This document shows, one piece after another, positions 1 through 11,470 of a DNA stretch of 64,000 nt. The notes beneath the pieces were generated by a model. It saw nothing but the letters and a program-made list of their open reading frames with translations, ran no database searches and was not told the origin of the DNA. Position numbers and translations under genes: made by a program. Source of the stretch: Octopus bimaculoides (taxonomy: Eukaryota); the NCBI RefSeq assembly GCF_001194135.2, contig NC_068982.1, positions 163,872,095 through 163,936,094 of the forward strand. Reading direction: 5' to 3'. Position 1 is the first letter of the stretch. The number at the start of each line of letters is the position of its first letter.

Positions 1-2208
1 ATATATATATATATATATACACATATATATACACATATATATATATACATGTTTGTATGCATGTGTGTATGTATGCATGGATATGTGTGTATGTGTATAA
101 TTATATGGTGAAATGAAATTGTGCTGATGGAAAATTCATAGCACTATCCTTGCTGCAATGAAAATATTTTATTTACGAGAGCTTCATAGGTGAATAGTTG
201 CTTTCAAAGTTATAATACAGTTTCTTCAAGTTTACCTAAGCTTATATAATAACACATCAAGATCAAAAGTAAGCGATGAATGATAGGACACACAGTTAAT
301 ACTTTAGAGCTACTTCAAGATGTTAGAAAATGCACTTCTATAAAGCCCCAACCCAGCACGTCAAATTATACTCTCAATACAAACATATACACACACAAAC
401 ACATACATACAAACATACACACACACTCACACATACATACACATTTACGTACATACATACATACATATATACATACATTGATATGATTTTGGGACGATTG
501 AGAGAATTTCCAGTGGACTTGTGAAATGAACCAGTTCTATAAGAAAGTTAGTGATGATTTATTATGTGAAGAGGATGAAAGACGGTTTAGATGCTACATA
601 TTTCTGCTGCATATATTTTTCAACTACAGCAGCATGATATGTTATTGGAAAACAGGATAACCATACAGTAAAAATTAGTATGAAAAACACAAAGAATATC
701 TCAGAAAGAAGTATTTAGAAATCAACAATGAAAAAGACTCTTACAGCATGGTGACACCTCTTCAACCAGGTTGTCCAAGAGAAATTTGGTAAGGTGGAGC
801 AAAACTGTTTTCAGGCTCCAGGAGATGTAGGCTTCTTAAAATTTAAGGACGCCATGAGGCTATTTAGTATTATTATTTTTTTTGTGTGTGGGGGCTCAGT
901 AGATAGACCACAAGCCATTCCTTGGATCACTGAACCCTAGATCAATGTACTGGCTCAATCCCACTCTCAAGAGCCCTGGACATAGTTGCAACTTATTATC
1001 CAACTCCACAAATCACAAAGTTTAATAACATTTTCTTATACATCTTGGTATTGGTGGAAAGCCTGATCAAAAATTAGAGAATGTTTCAATTCATAATGTA
1101 GTTTCCCTGTATATCTCAAACATTTAAATCAAACATTTAAATCAAACATTTAAATCAGCTTATAATGAAGAAATAACAGGTCAAACAAAATTTAAATCAG
1201 TTTCTAGCTGTGGACTTCCCATCTTTCCTATGGAACATGCTGTTCTACTATATAAGTCTTAAAACATGTGCACCATACTTCAGTGACTAAATTTATGAGG
1301 GGAATTTGGCTGTTATACTGAGTGATTAAATCGAAACTCCCTTGTTTACATAGACCAGCAGACATGGCAGAGACATGTATTTTCAGCCATCTTAGTTCTG
1401 CCTTGAATTTACACAGAAAGGATTTTGGTTTGCAACTGTTAAATGATCAATAAAATAGGTACTAGTTATATATATATATTGTCAGTAGTTCATATATCCA
1501 AAAAAGAAGCATTAGAGTAGTAATATATTTTTAAAGAAGTTAAATGTTATGGCTAACAGCTATCATAGAGTGACCATTGGTTTTGCAGTAATCTTTATGT
1601 ATAAATGGCAATGTCTGTCTGTCTGTTTGTCTGTTACCATCTTGGTGTCCAAACCAGCAAACCAATCTTCAATAAACTTTGTGTATATGTTGAACTAACA
1701 TCCAGTTCAATTACAGGCTAATTGGATTTCAATAAAAATCAATAATGGATCGACTACGGGGGTTGGGCTATTACATGATAAAATGAGTGGGGTGCAATAG
1801 TGTTAGGTTTAGGGAAATGTGGCATAATGAGGGTGGCTGATATAAGGGAGGTGGAGGCGACAGGAAGAGATAGACACACAAGGAATGTGAGAGACAGACA
1901 GGGGCAGAGTGGGAGAGACAGAATTTTAATACTTTGTTCTTTCATTTCTTCCTATCACTTAATGCATACGCTTTTAGTGAATTAACTGTCATATACTCAG
2001 TCAAAACTTTTACAATATGTCCAACAACAAATGTTAAACAAGTGAAAGGTAAAGTGATTTTATATTTGTTTAAGATTTTATAATAAAGATTTATTAAAAT
2101 TTACCAATGTACTGAAACAATACAATACATATAATGTCTTTCCTTTTCTTCCATAGATAAATAGCCCCTCGTTTTCCATATATATAAAAGAGAGTTTGTA
2201 TGTGTGTA

Positions 2209-2495
2209 TCATCATGATCATCATTGTTTAACGTCTGCTTTCCATGCTAGCATGGGTTGGACGATTTGACTGAGGACTGGTGAAACCAGATGGCTACACC
2301 AGGCTCCAATCTGATTTGGCAGAGTTTCTACAGCTAGATGCCCTTCCTAACGCCAACCACTCTGAGAGTGTAGTGGGTGCTTTTACGTGCCACCCGCACG
2401 AAGGCCAGTCAGGTGGTACTGGCAATGGCCACGCTCAAATGGTGTATTTTATGTGCCACCCACACAAGAGCCAGTCCAGGGGCACTGGCAACGAG
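2209..2495 (-). mobile_element. 3' end of an RTE-type LINE or RTE-tailed SINE
   Basis: Minus strand ends in ...gcatggaaagcagacgttaaacaatgatgatcatgatga, an (ATG)n-type tail. A diverged second copy is at 10764-10930. Confidence 0.6.
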
Positions 2496-3672
2496 TGTGT
2501 GCATATCTTCCTTATGCATTTGAAAACTGAGGTGCTGATTTTACATACTGGTTTGAGAAAAATAAGTTATATTTTAGTCTTTTACTCCACACAATTGGAA
2601 TTATGTTTAATTAAAATAACTCTATATCAGATCTTAATTTTGGTGACAAGTTAGTAGATAGAGTCTTCTAATAATAGTTTTGTAGCACTAGTGTTATTTT
2701 TCTAAACTTTAATTTATTTGGTGATTAATAAAAATAATTACTAGCAATGCTAGCACCTGTAACTTACTAGACTCAACTCTATAACAAAAATTATCGTATC
2801 TGTAAAAAGAAACAATATTAGATAGAGCTTAATTAAAATCATTAAAAGTTTTAAAAGTTCATTATAGGATTTTAAAATATTTTTGTCTGTCAATTATGGT
2901 TATCGCCATAAAATAATTAATTCTTCTCATATATTTTGTGAAGATATTGTAGTAATTAAAAAGAAAAAAACGTTATTTTGTATTTTCAAGAATCTAGGAT
3001 TGGTAAAAAAAATTCAACTTTTAGTCAATAAAATTTGAATAAACATTTTAAAATCTTGAAATAAAAAAGAAAGAATAGTACAGACTCTAAAGAAAAACCA
3101 GAATTTTAATACATATACCTATATTAGTACTCAGAATGTTAGTATTAATACAGCATTGCAGTCAGAATTGCAGCTAACTGAATTAATGGATTTATAGGCC
3201 CACACTAAACATGAGATATGAATCATGCTGTATTCATCTCCTTAGCTGTGAATATGTATCAGATTTATCATAGAGCTCACCATAAAAATATGGTTTACTT
3301 TATAATTGACAAATGGTTTGTTTTGCTGTTTAAATCCTTCCTTGAATATAATTTGGAAAAGAATAGGAGTTATTGATTTTCCTTAGATAAACCACAATAA
3401 CTAATCCCCTGGGTAATTTTGTATCCTTTTGACTGAATCTGTTTTGAAACTCCCACTGTGTATGCTTATATTGGATTTATTCAAGGGAAATGTGTTAAAT
3501 ACAACCCTTTTGATTTATAATATGAGATGTATTAGTCTTCTTATGACTGGTATTGGCTTAAGGGACATGTCACGTACAAGTATGGTAAAATCAGGAATTT
3601 GAGGAAATTGATGAAGTGTAGTGGTAAGAGTTAGTCCATGGTTTGAACAATAAAGTTTTGGGCCTTGCTATT

Positions 3673-3746
3673 TGTTGTGTGAAAGTAGAACACCCTTATT
3701 TGGTTGGCTCCTAATGGACTGTGCCACAATAAAAATGGACTTGCGC

Positions 3747-3788
<42 letters not shown>

Positions 3789-3800
3789 CGACCTTGAAAA
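3673..3800 (+). repeat. 5' LTR head, containing a (GA)n run
   Basis: tgttgtgtgaaagtagaacaccc...gagtcggcgaccttgaaaa aligns with 6125-6223. Confidence 0.8.
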
Positions 3801-3978
3801 GAACTGTGTTGTTCAGTGTTGAATCAATGATTGGTGCGGATAGGTTATCCTTTATTGAAGGTCCTCCCTAGTGGGGTTACCTATTGTTGGAACTGTTAAA
3901 CCATTGTTGATTGGCTGTTGTATTGTTTGGTTTTGCTTTTATTTTCTCCTTCAGTTGGGGCGAAAATAGCAGTAAGCA

Positions 3979-5322
3979 ATGGAAGTGTTGCAAACATGTG
4001 TTGAGAGCTATGCTTCAGTAGCAGGTTGTGAGAATATAACAGCCACTGTTAACCAGCTGGAAGTGAAGGAAGTATCTGTGGATTTAGAAATATTAAAAAG
4101 CAGCAAGGAATTAATTCAAAGAGAGAGAGAGAGAGGTCAAGACTAAAATTGACCACACCTGGAAGATGTAACAAGAAGGAAAAATAAAAAAATGGTGGTG
4201 TATAGAATCCTATCACTTACAAGCAAGAAAATAGAGATAGCCAGTGAGGAAGCAATAGAAGAGTGCTTGGAAGAAATAAAGAGCGACATTAATTTTTCTG
4301 CAGAGGGAGAAAATTCGGCACAGTGGAGGTGCACGGTCCTACCATAGAGAACGCAGTAAAACATTCCTCTACAACATTGAAAACAGAAGAATGGGCACTC
4401 CTGCTAACCTATGTCGGTAAATGAGTGAGGATTGGCTGGGTGCCCCCTGAGATTGCCGAGATGTGGCTGCTTGCAGCAATCTTAACGGGAACAAAAGAGG
4501 TCCCAGGAGTGCTGCAGGTAAGTCGGACAAAGCAAGTGAACTGTTGGGGATATGGCCTGGAAGTTATAATCCAGGCCACCTCACTGGACTTGCAAGAAAT
4601 TGTAGAAGAAATAGAGCTACCAGACGAAGTAAAGCTGCGTGTGGTGGTGGTGGAGGGAAAACCTCCTATCTGCTTCCATTGCAGAAAGAGGGGGCACATA
4701 AAGGCGAGCTGCCCCTTTTATAACAACTAGATACCAGCGGAGGAGAAGCAAGAAGAGAACAACAACAGAGGAGAGAAGATAGAGGAAACTATAGAAAAAG
4801 CAAATGTGAAAAGCAGAGACGAGGGATTCCAGGAGATATAAAATAAAAAGAGGAAGGACCTAAAAAATTCTTCTCCCCGAAGAACCCGAAGAAGAAGAAA
4901 AAGAAAGAAGTAAGTAGCATATAAGCACCCACACAGTCTACCACACCGCCGCAAACACCCAAGAAAACCACAGACATCCCAGAATCTCCAGATAAGCATA
5001 CACTAGTAGAAGCACATATAGACACACAAGCAGAGACACAAACATCACAGGCCAGTCATAGAAGAAGGGCGTATCTGACAAAATATTGTGACGTGCATGG
5101 CCATTGAAAAAAAAAATTGTAAAAATCAAATTGATAATAAGAGTTGAACTGCCTGAAGAGTGGTGCGTACCGGGTATGAAATGCATATTAATAGACATGA
5201 ACAGTTATAAAAAATTAAAAGGAATTTTTGGCAATGACTTAGACCCACCAGGGCGAGAGATGAGATATGATTCTCTACCTCCCGTGGTAGAATTTGAACA
5301 TTTGAGACAATATATGATCTAA
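3979..5322 (+). pseudogene. Tx1/L1-type ORF1-like protein, copy A (frameshifted): RRM-like region, CCHC knuckle, K/E-rich linker, conserved C-terminus
   Basis: Translated blocks include SYASVA, RKFGTVEVH, EWALLLTYVGK, VRIGWVPPEI, WGYGLEV, GKPPICFHCRKRGHIKASC (knuckle at 4671-4712) and RYDSLPPVVEF...* (stop 5320-5322). No ORF2 follows. Confidence 0.75.
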
Positions 5323-5339
5323 TACGGTAATTCTAATTT

Positions 5340-6070
5340 GATAAACATTGGTGTAATTGTTCGTTTGTTATAGAGTGCTAGATACAATTGTGTCAGATAA
5401 TGGCACACAATTCACGGCAAAGGAGTTCAAAAATTTCTGTAAGTCAATCCAGATGAAGCATGTGTTAACATCGCTATAACATCCAAGGTCAAATGAGTTA
5501 GCGGAAAGATTTGTCAACAGATTCAAGAGAGCCTTAAGAAAGACCAGATGGGAAGATTTTGAAGATAGAAATATGACAAAGTTTACAGAATAACATCGAA
5601 TCCAAATACAGAGTCGGGTAGGTCACCTGCAGATTTGATGTTCTCCAGAAAGATTCGTTCTGTGTTTGACAAATTGTTGCCGAGTAGGAAACGGAAAATT
5701 CAAAATTCAGGAAGTAAAACTAAATTTTCTAATACAGGTGACAAAGTGTATTCTAAAATGTATAAAAATGGAAAACAAGTCTGGGAACAAGGTAATTTAA
5801 CTGGACGTCTGGGTAATGTGATGTACATGGTAAAAGGACCAAAATATGAACACAGAAGGCATTTTAACCAATTAAAGAAAGGATACACCAAAAATCAAGA
5901 AAGGTGAGATGAGTCAATGGATATATGGTAAGATATGTTCGAGGTCCCAGAAACACAAGTGAAAGCAGAACCGACACGTAGGTCGAACAGGAAAAGAAAA
6001 CAAAGAGATATGATGGAAATTAATGCCAGGAGAAAGAGATATGCCAGTTTCTCTCCAAGGAAATAAAATT
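5340..6070 (+). pseudogene. Ty3/gypsy integrase core and C-terminus remnant
   Basis: DTIVSDNGTQFTAKEFKNFC...HPRSNELAERFV, followed by SPADLMFSRKIRSVFDKL...WEQG...RRHFNQL, with stops and frameshifts. Confidence 0.85.
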
Positions 6071-6113
6071 AATAAAAAAAAAGAATAAATAAAAAAAGGA
6101 CAAAGCCAATCTC

Positions 6114-6124
6114 AAATGGGGAAG
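6114..6124 (+). other. Polypurine tract of the gypsy element
   Basis: aaatggggaag lies immediately 5' of the TGTTG that starts the 3' LTR at 6125. Confidence 0.75.
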
Positions 6125-6223
6125 TGTTGTGTGGAAGTAGAACACCCCTATTTTGTTGGCGCCTAATAGACTGTGCCACAATATAAATGGACATGCGTAG
6201 AGAGAGTCGGTGAGCTGTGTAAA

Positions 6224-7781
6224 TCTGCGTCGTATTTGAGTGAGTAGAAGTGTGAGTACTGCAGTTGTTGGCCTGTTATTTTCTGAATTGATGCATTGTT
6301 GTTGTTGAATTTGTTGGGATCTTTATTTGTCTTCCCCATTTGTGGGTGAAGTAGTGAGCGGTGGACCGGTGCAGGTGGGCAGTTGTGCTGCAGTGACTGG
6401 TGGGGCTGCTGCGAGTCAGTGAAGTGGAAGTTGGGGACGGGAATTTCGAGAGGTGTAGCGACTTGTTGAAGGAGGGAGACTGTCTTGGGCTGGCACCTCC
6501 CAGGGAAGTTATTGAGAGTGCCGAGAGGGGAGCTATTATCTGTGGAGTGTTGAAGATGGCAGCGAGGAAGTTCGGCACGGTGGGGGTGCACTTTGCAAGC
6601 GAAAATGAAGCGGAGAAGTACTCCACTGTGGCCTTGAGGTCGGCTGAGTGGGCACTTCTACCTACATACTGTGGCAAACGTACGGCCAGAGTAAGGATAG
6701 GTAGAGTTCCCCCTGAAATTGACGAGGCATGGCTGGTGGCAGCCATCCTCTACCATACAGAAGAAGATGTAGAAATTTTGAAAATGTCCAAAACTACGCA
6801 GGTGAACTGATGGGGATATGGTCTAGAGGTCACAGTCCATATAAGCCTACCAGACCTCCATAAGATTGTGGAAGAGCTGGTTTTGCCGGATGAAACTAGA
6901 TTGAGGATTGTTGTGGTGGTTAGACCTCCAATATGTTTTTTGTGTGGAGTAAGGGGACACATGAAGGCTAAGTGTCCCCAGAAACACGAGGAAGAAATAA
7001 TAGAAAAAGAAATTCAAGAAGAAGAGAGTACAGCTGTAGAGGAGGAGAAAATGGAGGAGCAATTTACGGTGGTGAAAAGAAAAAAGAACTTAGAATCACC
7101 ACCAAAATTCTCTAAAGAGAAAAAAAAAGAAAGACAAACGAAGAGGAGAACAAGAAAGAACAGAGAAAATGGAAAATCAAATGAACAATCAAGTGAAGTG
7201 CGAACGTACGAACCGTCGCCTTCAACTAGCAAGGAAGAAGGAATACGAAAGAAGAAAGAAAACGAAAGAGACAGCGAAGTAGAGACAGAGGCAATTATAA
7301 CGGACAAAAAAAAGCGGTGAAGGATATCAGAGAACGATGCCTGCAGGAAGAAACTTGAGAAACTTCATAGCATATGAAAAAGCGTCGAAATTGAAAAGAG
7401 GGTAACAAAAATGAAGAATGTTATCAAAATAAAATTGGCAAACCATGAAGGTAAGAAGGGAGAGAGAAAGAGGGGAGAGGTTAGTAGAACTATTTGGAAA
7501 AAATAGAGTTGAAATATCACCACTTCAGTATAGATACGACGAGCTGCCGCCTGTTGTAATTTTTGACGATATAGTACAGTATTCGTTGTAATTTTGTGTT
7601 AAAAAAAAGATACAAGACTGTAAAGTAAAACTATAATTTAAAAACAGTAAAATAAAACCACATGCTTTCATCACATTGATAATTCATCCGATATGTATTT
7701 ATATGTACCCCAATGTCTTGTTTTGTCTGTCTTTGTGGTGTCCCCTCTTTATAAAGGCCATGTGCCTAAATAAAAGAAATA
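6224..7781 (+). mobile_element. ORF1-only (HAL1-like) non-LTR element, copy B, apparently full length
   Basis: Has a 12-bp TSD, an A-rich 3' end (cctaaataaaagaaata), a single ORF1-like reading frame, and no endonuclease or RT. Confidence 0.7.
6370..7591 (+). pseudogene. Tx1/L1-type ORF1-like protein, copy B
   Basis: ORF-track frames 6400-6810 and 6868-7320 are the same frame, split by one TGA at 6808-6810. The knuckle CFLCGVRGHMKAKC is at 6934-6975. After a frameshift the C-terminus reads RYDELPPVVIFDDIVQYSL* (stop 7589-7591). Confidence 0.75.
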
Positions 7782-7942
7782 GAGCTGTGTAAAGCTGATT
7801 GTTGCGTATTGTCGAGTGTAATTACAAGTATTGTGTATCTTGAGTAGAACGATTTGCGAGGACGTTATTTATCATCCCGTTATATCGTACGTAGAAAGTG
7901 TGATACAACACTATTCTTTTGAAAATATGAAATAGAGCAAAT

Positions 7943-8148
7943 AAGGTGATGAGGTGGCAGAATCGTTACCATGTTGGGAAGAAATTTGCAGCATTTCATC
8001 TGAGCTCAAATTTTACCAAGGTTGATTTTGCCTTTCATCCTCTTGGGGTCAATAAAATAAGTACCAATTAAGCACTGAGGTCAATGTAATTGACATTCTC
8101 TTTCCCATTCCCTCTAATTGCTGGCCTTGTGCCAAAAATTTGAAACCA
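7943..8148 (+). mobile_element. tRNA-derived SINE, family A, CpG-decayed
   Basis: aagg...ggcagaatcgtta head, ttgcctttcatcc core and gtgccaaaaatttgaaacca tail. Same family as 42425-42742 and 49651-49864. Confidence 0.75.
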
Positions 8149-8831
8149 ATATGGATTAGAGCAAAGTAGCCTTGTTGCTTTGGTTATAGTCTACAACAAC
8201 TGACTTATTCCAACCCTCTTATGAATCCTCCTATGTATAAACGGATTGATAAAGGACCTGGATCGTCAAAAAAATACCAATCAGCATATAAAAGGGAAAT
8301 ATCTGACCTTGTACTGACATGTGATATAAAAGGTTTATGTAGATACCTTAATTTTGAGAGATGGTAGTAGAAAATATATGAGACATGGAAATACTAGTTA
8401 CTCACTGCCCCACCCCAATATAACAGAATAGGCTACAGCAATACCAAATAAACACAAAAGAGGAAATCAAATTGACTTTTAAAACACAGCTGAGCCAACT
8501 AGATGAAATGTTGCAAGTTTTAGAATACAGAGAAAGAATCTTTATTCCAGACAACTATTAGCCATGTTAGTACAAAATTGATAAGGAAAACGTTAATGGT
8601 GGTTAAAGTGAAAGTCAGGATAATGATAAGAAAGAGGAAGGAGTGGTTGATTATAATAATGATGATGATAAAAAATATTCACACACTCATGTGCACTCGC
8701 ACATGCATATGCACACAGACACTCAGACGCACACGCACACATAGAGACACACACACACACACACACACACATTGGTCACTAATGTTTCCTCAATACAAAG
8801 TGCACACATGTCCACCCATTTGTTAATATAT

Positions 8832-9047
8832 TGGTTTCAAATTTTGGCACAAAGCCAGTAATTCTGGAAAAGTGGGATAAGGCAATTACATTGACCTCAG
8901 TGCTCAACTGCTATTTGTTTTATTGTCTCCAAAAGGATGAAAGGAAAAGTTGATCTCAGCAAAATTTTAATTCTGAATGTAAAGATGAATGAAATGCCAC
9001 TAAGCATTTTGCCTAATGTGCCAACAATTCTGCTAGCTTGCTACCTT
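8832..9047 (-). mobile_element. tRNA-derived SINE, family A
   Basis: Reverse complement of the family A layout (tggtttcaaattttggcac...ctacctt). Confidence 0.7.
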
Positions 9048-9539
9048 ATCATAAGCTAATATATTAACAAACTAACGTACTCCCATACACTTAGTGCACA
9101 AACTTTAAGATGCATAATGTTAAAAAACACAGTATACTTCAAAGCCAGGCAAAACAAATCCTCCCAGAGGTGAACAAAAATGACAGATCAATATTTCACT
9201 GCTGTCCTGAAATACGTGCAGAAAGTGTAAAATCTATATGCTAATGTGCATGTGTATAGTATAAATAGTATATATTGTATAAATACAATGAGCAATATAA
9301 AAAAGACAGCACAAGAGGAAAAAAGTTTGATAAATAAGGTATTAAGTAAAAAGATCTGTCTTAAAACATCACTGTAAAACTACACAAACATAGATGCACA
9401 CATTGACATCTACACACTAGAAATGAGCTAACAGTGCTGGCTCAGATAAGTGAAGCTCTGAACATATGAAAGGAAATTCTTGGTAACGAAGGCTGATAAA
9501 AAAATATTTAAGATCTATAAAATAATAATCATAGTTACA

Positions 9540-9699
9540 GGCACAGGAGTAGCTGTGTAATAAGTAACTTGCTTAGAAACCACATGGTTCCAAGTTCAGT
9601 CCCCCTGCGTGGCACCTTGGGCAAGTGTCTTCTACTATAGCCTCGGGCCAATCAAAGCCTTGTGAGTGGATTTGGTAGACGGAAACTGAAAGAAGCCCG

Positions 9700-9738
<39 letters not shown>

Positions 9739-9960
9739 TGTGTGTGTGTGTGTGTGTGTGTGTGTTTGTTTGTGTGTCTGTGTTTGTCTCCCCAAATCGC
9801 TTGACAACCGATGTTGGTGTGTCTACGCCCCCGTAACTTAGCAGTTTGGCAAAAGAGACCGATAAAATAAGTACTAGGCTTACAAAGAATAAGTCCTGGG
9901 GTCTATTTGTTCGGCTAAAGGTGGTGCTCCAGCATGGCCTAAATTAAATGAATGAAAAAG
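9540..9960 (+). mobile_element. tRNA-derived SINE, family B, with internal (TA)n(TG)n
   Basis: Head with B-box-like ggttccaagttcagtcc, CORE-like accttgggcaagtg motif, and 3' part ...aataagtactaggc...ggtgctccagcatgg. Confidence 0.75.
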
Positions 9961-10327
9961 AAAAAAGAAGAATAGTTAAATATTTGTTGCTACACTCTGC
10001 ATGTGAGTTTGCATTAGAAATCTAGTTAGTACACTTGTGATTGAAGTTAATGTCATGAAAAAAGAAGAAAAAAACAAACAAAAAAACAAAAAACACGTAG
10101 TAATTAAATCATGAAATAGATATAGAAGAAACAGCTTAAATAGTTGTGACCACATATTTCTGATGCAATGTTCAATACAAAACTACACCGTGTGAGTCAG
10201 TGCAGTGGATAACCATAGTACACTCGAAGGTAAAAAAACATTATAATATTATGTAATGACCATTGTAAAGTTATACTTCACTTCAGCACAAAATTTAATC
10301 TCTTCTCAACAAGGGGGCTGTTGCATA

Positions 10328-10760
10328 GGTGCTGAATGGCTGTGTGGCTAAGAAGCTTGTGTTGTAACCATGTTATTTCAGGTTCAGTCCTACTGCATAG
10401 CATGTAGGGTACATGTCTTCTACTATAACCCCAGTGGGATGGGCAACCAATGCCTCATGAGTGAATTTGCTAGACCAAAGCTTATTTGATATACGTGTGT
10501 GTGTGTGTATGCACACACGCGTGTGTGTATGTATGTGTTTTTGTTTGAGCATGTGTGTTTCTGATTGTTCCCCCATTGCTTGACAATCGGTGTTGGTTTG
10601 TTTACATCCCCATAACTTTGAGACTTAGTAGTTCAGCAAAAAGAAAAGATTATCGAAATAATAAGTATGACCCAAAAAATATGTATTAAGTTCGATTTGT
10701 TCGAACAAGCCTTTCAAAGTAGTACCCTAACATGGCAGTAGTCCAACGACTGAAACAAGA
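10328..10760 (+). mobile_element. tRNA-derived SINE, family B, diverged copy
   Basis: Aligns colinearly with 9540-9960. Confidence 0.65.
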
Positions 10761-10763
10761 TAT

Positions 10764-10930
10764 ATCATCATCGTCATCCTTTTACGCCTTTTTTCATGCT
10801 AGCATGGGTTGGATTTGATAGGAGCTAATGAACCAGAGGACTACACCAAGCCCTACTATCTGCTTTGGCATGATCTCTACAGCTGCATACCCTTCCTAAT
10901 ACCAACAACTTTACAGCATATACTGGGTGC
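10764..10930 (-). mobile_element. RTE-type 3' end, diverged copy
   Basis: catcatc...catgctagcatgggttgga...cccttcctaa matches 2209-2495. Confidence 0.55.
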
Positions 10931-11224
10931 CTTTTTACTATATATTACGGAAGATTTTGGATTGAGACAAAATTCTGCGTTATCTGTCCATATAGAAAAG
11001 TAAAATTTCAGCTTCATAAAAATATATATGTAAAATAAATATTCGGTATGACAAGCAAACATACGCATTGAAACAATATATATTCAATGATATTTAAATA
11101 ATAAATTTGTACATACAGGATTGGTTCGTCACATCAGATGTGCAAATATTAAAGCTCACAAGAGTATATAGAAAGTTCAAAGGGAGAATTACGAGTTAAA
11201 ATCCAAATGTAAAAATTAACGTAT

Positions 11225-11315
11225 ACATCCTACGGCCGTTTCAGGAACATTGTGGTAAGAGTAGATATCGATTTAAAATCCATTCCAGTATCGCTATTTC
11301 CTTCATCAGAAATAC
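11225..11315 (-). ncRNA. Type I hammerhead ribozyme motif (left arm)
   Basis: Minus strand reads tttCTGATGAaggaa...ttcctGAAACGGCCGTAggatgt, with a perfect palindromic stem III ACGGCCGT. Confidence 0.65.
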
Positions 11316-11379
11316 CAATATCTGGTATGGACCATATTTGGTACTTCGACATCTTTGATGTGATCCATACGAGATATTA

Positions 11380-11470
11380 GTATCTCTGATGAAGGAAATA
11401 GCGATACTGGAATGGATTTTAAATCGATATCTACTCTTACCACAATTTTCCTGAAACGGTCGTAGGATGT
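11380..11470 (+). ncRNA. Type I hammerhead ribozyme motif (right arm)
   Basis: CTGATGA at 11386-11392, stem II aggaaa/tttcct, GAAA at 11453-11456, near-palindromic stem III ACGGTCGT, GTA cleavage triplet at 11462-11464, stem I gtatct/ggatgt. Confidence 0.65.

Larger units (their letters stand above)
3673..7910 (+). mobile_element. Internally deleted Ty3/gypsy LTR retrotransposon with both LTRs interrupted
   Basis: Termini are TGTTG (3673) and CAACA (7910). A perfect 5-bp TSD CTATT sits at 3668-3672 and 7911-7915. The LTR heads at 3673 and 6125 differ at about 8 of 82 positions. An integrase remnant and polypurine tract precede the 3' LTR. Confidence 0.85.
6125..7910 (+). repeat. 3' LTR (about 216 bp when empty: 6125-6223 plus 7794-7910), split by a 1.56-kb insertion
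   Basis: A 12-bp direct repeat gagctgtgtaaa at 6212-6223 and 7782-7793 brackets the insert. Confidence 0.75.

Noticed and set aside
6163-6746. 142-aa and 156-aa minus-strand ORFs
   Set aside because: They are antisense shadows of the ORF1-like coding region.
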